The position numbers and the translations under genes are program-made. Under the pieces are notes generated by a model. The model was not told the DNA's origin. It saw only the letters and a list, made by a program, of their open reading frames with translations, and ran no database searches. From the NCBI GenBank assembly GCA_019057865.1, contig JAHLWP010000028.1:1-55770 (forward strand): 55,770 bases of DNA, given 5' to 3'. Shown here in pieces: positions 51,766 to 55,770 of this stretch; position 1 is the first letter of the stretch, and the number at the start of each line of letters is the position of its first letter. The stretch is from Promethearchaeota archaeon. Its GTDB lineage: Archaea > Asgardarchaeota > Lokiarchaeia > Sigyniarchaeales > SOKP01.

Positions 51766-52002
51766 TCTTTAATAAGCTAGTATATAAACTTTTAAGATAT
51801 TTCTAATCCTACTTATATTTTTTCATTTAAGCGGAAGTTTTAAATAATTTTTTAACCAAATTAAACCAAGATCTGATTTTATTAAAAAAATTAAAACCGT
51901 ATAACAAAAATATTCTTGAAGTATGCTATGAAGATTTAGCATAGAAATTAAGAATAAATTAAGGTGATTTAAATCTCACTTAGTGAAGATGAGTATAATA
52001 AC

Positions 52003-53314
52003 ATGATTAAGCGGTGTCTAAGATGCTCGATAGATAAAAAGAATGGCTCTCTTATCCGAGAAATGCAAATGGATACCGCAAGTTCAAATTAAAAGTCAAA
52101 AATACGCCACTGCATGTCCGTCGATAGATATCTATAATTATCATCCATATAGCGGCGGAGGTCGCATCATCTTAGCTTTATTATTAGAGACAGGCAGAAT
52201 TGAACCTTCAGAAGAATTACGAGAAATTGTTTATAAATGTACTGAATGCGGGAATTGTTCTGTTGCTTGCAAATTTCTTAATACTTTGGAACCGTTAGAA
52301 ATTATAATGAAACTTAGGGAAAAATTAGTTGAACTAGGATATGGTCCAATGCCAAAACAGCAAGAATATATAGAAGCTACCAATAAAGTCAATAATCCTT
52401 ACAATGAACCTCATGAGAAGAGATTGGCTTGGTTACCAAAAGATATTCAATTAGACCCAGATGCTAAGGTCTTGTATTTTGTAGGCTGCACATCTTCTTA
52501 TCGAAGACAAGAGATGGCAATCGCAGCAGTTCGTATCCTCAAAGCCGCAGGGATTTCATTTAATATATTACAAGATGATGAATTTTGTTGTGGCAGCCCT
52601 ATTTTGCGAACTGGAGATATCAAAACTTTTAAAAAATTTCTTAATAAAAATTTAGATGTTATTGAATCGAAGGGTATTGATACAGTTATTTTTAGCTGTG
52701 CTGGATGCTATGATACATTTAAAGTAGATTATCCATTATATAGGGAATATAATTTCAAAGTATTACATACTGTGGAATTTTTTGATGAGTTACTCGAAAT
52801 TGGTCAATTAAAACTAATAAAAGAAATACCAATAACCGCAACCTATCATGATCCCTGTCATTTAGGAAGGAATGCTGAAAGATATGATGACTGGGATGGT
52901 GATATTGTTGATTTGATGCCTCTTGTATCTATTAATATACCCCCAAAACCTAAGCGTACTGGTTCGAATGGTATATATGAACCCCCCAGAAATATACTAA
53001 AAAAAATTCCAGGGTTGAAACTTATAGAAATGGAGCGCATAAAAGAATATGCCTATTGTTGTGGTGCAGGAGCTGGTGTAAAATCCGCTTTTCCTGAATT
53101 TGCCCTACAAACTGCAAAAATTAGAATTGAGGAAGCTGAAGATACAGGGGCAGATATACTTGTATCGGCATGTCCATTTTGTTCAACGAATTTACAAGAT
53201 GGAATTAAAGAAAGTGGCACTAATCTGAAATATTATGATATTAGCGAATTATTATTAATGTCTTTAGGTTTGGAACCTGAAAAATTAGAAAAAATTACAA
53301 AGAGGGTTGCATAA
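52003..53314 (+). CDS. Fe-S/CCG-domain oxidoreductase (GlcF/HdrD/GlpC-like); predicted spliced CDS join(52003..52031,52063..53314)
   Basis: Exon 1 MIKRCLRCS(I), possibly starting at ATC 51973; exon 2 CKWIP...CPS...CTECGNCSVAC, YFVGC, CCG, CAGC, YHDPCHLGR, CCGAGAG, ACPFC. Confidence 0.85.
52032..52062 (+). other. Candidate bulge-helix-bulge intron (31 nt) in a protein-coding gene
   Basis: 4-bp helix CTCG(52026-29)/CGAG(52057-60); 3-nt bulges ATA(52030-32) and AAA(52061-63); inner helix GATAA/TTATC; outer 10-bp exon-exon helix GCGGTGTCTA/TGGATACCGC. Canonical cuts restore the frame and CxxCxxC. Confidence 0.75.
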
Positions 53315-54886
53315 TTGGTATTAGAAAAAGAAATTCTTAAAGAATTCCAAGATGTTGTTGGTTCAGAAAATGTTAACGATGGTGAGGTAATCACAAATGC
53401 ATATTCTTATAACTGGTGTATGGAATATGTTAATTACATGGAAGGTAAAGAACCAATACCATTTTCCCCCATACCTAAAGCAGTAATATTACCCTGCTCA
53501 ACAGAAGAAGTTCAAGAAGTTGTGAAGTTATGTAATAAATATGGAATACAATTTAAAGCTCAATCAACTGGTCTAGGTCCTTGGAATCAACCTTCAACAG
53601 AAAACTCGATTATTTTGGATCTCAGAAGAATGAATAAAATCATTAAAATTGACGATAAAAATCTATATGCAGTAGTGGAACCATATGTTAGCGGGGCACA
53701 ACTGCAAGTTGAAGCTATGCAATATGATTTAACGGTCCATATGCCAGGAGCAGGTCCTCAAGTGTCCCCTCTTGCTAGTGCTACATCTATGAATGGTCCA
53801 GGATTTACTTCTCCTCATACAGGACATAGTGCTCGAAACGTACTTGGTGTAGAGTGGGTATTACCAGATGGAGAAGTCTTAAGATTAGGTTCAGCGGGCT
53901 TAAAGAATAACTCTGATTGGTATAATGGTGATGGTCCAGGTCCTAGCTTAAGAGGGATAATGAGAGGGTGGGCAGGCGCAAAATCTGGAATTGGTGTCTT
54001 TACTAAAGTAGCTGTTAAACTTTTTCCATATCCATGTAGCACTGATTTTAGGCTAAAAGGATATTCTCCTAACTATATATTTGATATTCCCGATTTCATG
54101 CGATTATATGTAATGGACTGTAGAAGTTATAAATATCTTGAGAAAGCTATTTTACGAATTGAAGAAGAGGAAATTTCCTTTATGTGTAGCCATCTGTCGA
54201 GTTATGGATTAACAGCAATATTTTCGTATAGTATTGAATCTATGATGGATAAAATGGCTATAGCTAGCATGAAAACTCCTCTAGTTGTACTGATCGCAGC
54301 TAGAACTAAACATGAATTTAATTATAAGCAAAAAGTAATGGATATGCTCTTGGATGAATTAAAATTAAAAAATATTATTGGTACAAAATACACTCCAAAT
54401 TCAATTTTTTATGCAGAAGCATTACGTTCAAATTTAGGGCTACATGGCTTTATAGTAACAGGAGGTTTTCAATCAGCGAAAGGTCAATGTGATACTGTTA
54501 AAACATGTCTTAGAACTACGAAAAAGAGCATTCCACTAAAAAAGAAATATATTAAAAAAGGAGTAATAGGAAATGATTTCGGAGAAGGGGTATGGATGAC
54601 ATCCTATGAATCAGGCCATTACTTTCATGTAGAATCGATAACAATGTTCGATCAAACAGAGGAGGAAAGTGTGAAAGGAATGGGAGAATTTATGGAAGAA
54701 AATTATCAATTTGATTTAGTTAAACATCTAGGAGCACCTTTTTTCGTAGAAGGTGATCGTATGCATGATAAGTTTGGGCCTGTTATGATGAATTATCATA
54801 AATGGTTAAGAAAGATAAAGAAAGCATTTGATCCTAATGGAATTGCTGATTCCGGATTTTATATTTCAGCAAAATCAGAGAATTAA
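53315..54886 (+). CDS. FAD-binding oxidoreductase (GlcD/VAO family), second subunit or paralog
   Basis: AVILPCSTEEVQ, LDLRRMN, VVEPYV, RNVLGVEWVLPDGE, KKAFDPNG; abuts the Fe-S gene stop. Confidence 0.9.
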   Translation: MVLEKEILKEFQDVVGSENVNDGEVITNAYSYNWCMEYVNYMEGKEPIPFSPIPKAVILPCSTEEVQEVVKLCNKYGIQFKAQSTGLGPWNQPSTENSIILDLRRMNKIIKIDDKNLYAVVEPYVSGAQLQVEAMQYDLTVHMPGAGPQVSPLASATSMNGPGFTSPHTGHSARNVLGVEWVLPDGEVLRLGSAGLKNNSDWYNGDGPGPSLRGIMRGWAGAKSGIGVFTKVAVKLFPYPCSTDFRLKGYSPNYIFDIPDFMRLYVMDCRSYKYLEKAILRIEEEEISFMCSHLSSYGLTAIFSYSIESMMDKMAIASMKTPLVVLIAARTKHEFNYKQKVMDMLLDELKLKNIIGTKYTPNSIFYAEALRSNLGLHGFIVTGGFQSAKGQCDTVKTCLRTTKKSIPLKKKYIKKGVIGNDFGEGVWMTSYESGHYFHVESITMFDQTEEESVKGMGEFMEENYQFDLVKHLGAPFFVEGDRMHDKFGPVMMNYHKWLRKIKKAFDPNGIADSGFYISAKSEN

Positions 54887-54922
54887 ATTAAAAAATCATC
54901 ATTTAATTAGAAAGGAATAATA

Positions 54923-55327
54923 ATGAAAGCTAAAATACTAGAAAAAAAAGTAAGAGGGTTCGCTGGACTTATTGAAAATGTTATGGATCCTCTAAATGAA
55001 AATCCTAAATTTAAAGAACAATTTAAGAATAAAAAACGGAAATTTCTTATAAATGCTTCAAATTTAAATTATGCTGCCTTAATTACGATAAAGAATGGAA
55101 ATTTAAATATTGAGAGTGTTAGAAATGAGCCAAAAAGTAATTTAAAAAAGAAATTATTAGGTTGGGATGGTTATATTTCCATGAACTCTCAGATTTTTCT
55201 AGCACTTGCAATGGATAAGATTTCTTTATTAAATATTGGATTAAAATGGCTAACAAGAAAAGTAAAAATAAAAGGATTGATAAAAATGGTTACTCTATTA
55301 AAAATATTTAATCTTTTAAAAGATTAA
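54923..55327 (+). CDS. SCP2 sterol-carrier-like protein
   Basis: ALITIKNG, D..I.M....FL.LA...IS......LTRKVKIKG pattern. Confidence 0.65.
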   Translation: MKAKILEKKVRGFAGLIENVMDPLNENPKFKEQFKNKKRKFLINASNLNYAALITIKNGNLNIESVRNEPKSNLKKKLLGWDGYISMNSQIFLALAMDKISLLNIGLKWLTRKVKIKGLIKMVTLLKIFNLLKD

Positions 55328-55331
55328 GAAC

Positions 55332-55660
55332 TTATTTTTCTTCTATTGCTTTTTTTGGAAACAAACGTTTTTTTAATTTTGCAGTTCCTGTATCCATATC
55401 ATATTCTAACAATCCTACTTTCGCTAATTCTTGAACTGAATGTAGTATGTAGGCACCTCCAATTCCGGTTGTATTTTTCAGTTCCTCTCGCGTCATTTTT
55501 TCTTTATCTCCATGTAATCAAAAGATAGTACGTGATATTTTTCATATTTTTTGTTTAATAATTCAGTTAATGCAATCTTCGGATTTTTTCTCATAAATAA
55601 TTTCGGTTTTGCATCAGAAGAGGATTCAGGGATTAAGTTTAATAACTTCGGTTTTTTAAT
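55332..55660 (-). pseudogene. Frameshifted winged-helix-containing gene remnant
   Basis: GAGGAG RBS at ~55670; a frame change near 55520 joins ...KKYEKYHVLS to LHGDKEKMTREELKNTTGIGGAYILHSVQELAKVGLLEYD. Confidence 0.4.
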
Positions 55661-55770
55661 TATTATCTCCTCTTTTCTTCATTTATATATTAGTCGAAAT
55701 ACATATATTTAAAGAAAAATTCAACTCACCCCTTATAAATAAAAAGTAACTAAACAGAGAAAATGTTTAG

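Noticed and set aside
51911-51956. Hairpin as a SECIS element
   Set aside because: The tandem G.A quartet geometry and stem length do not fit, and neighbouring genes have no in-frame TGA at Cys positions.
52043-53314. ORF-track start MALLSEKCKW as the true N-terminus, or a simple ribosomal frameshift joining the two frames
   Set aside because: The first leaves the cluster motif with only one of three Cys and has no RBS. The second would leave about 11 residues between Cys2 and Cys3. Only 31-nt excision restores CxxCxxC.
1-55770. CRISPR arrays, tRNA/rRNA genes, IS elements
   Set aside because: No regularly spaced repeats, cloverleaf or rRNA-like GC-rich tracts, or transposase/integrase ORFs were seen by eye; a covariance-model scan was not possible.

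Overview
AT-rich archaeal chromosomal DNA, most likely from an Asgard archaeon of the Lokiarchaeia/Promethearchaeota. This is inferred from IPG[YF]-TM-basic 'Loki-CTERM'-type tails, a HEAT/LRR protein, a Ras-like GTPase, archaeal PAN/TFB/AOR, GGTGA ribosome-binding sites and oligo-T terminators. I found no rRNA, tRNA, CRISPR array or transposase. Three things stand out. (1) A 31-nt insertion (52032-52062) breaks the frame of an Fe-S/CCG oxidoreductase gene inside its first CxxCxxC motif and folds into an archaeal bulge-helix-bulge. Cutting at the canonical endonuclease sites restores both the frame and the motif (CLRCSICKW), so this is a candidate tRNA-type intron in an Asgard mRNA. (2) An arsenic-resistance locus (arsR, acr3, ArsD-like gene, arsC remnant) contains a SAM-methyltransferase::HgcA-like corrinoid/membrane fusion followed by an HgcB-like ferredoxin. 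(3) An Smc5/6-type SMC-kleisin-KITE operon is headed by a catalytically degenerate AAA+ protein. The rest is metabolic and housekeeping genes (pan, aor, pyk, fba, grpE-dnaK-dnaJ-tfb, GH4, FAD/Fe-S oxidoreductases) plus many broken genes. All assignments come from motif recognition by eye; no searches were run.
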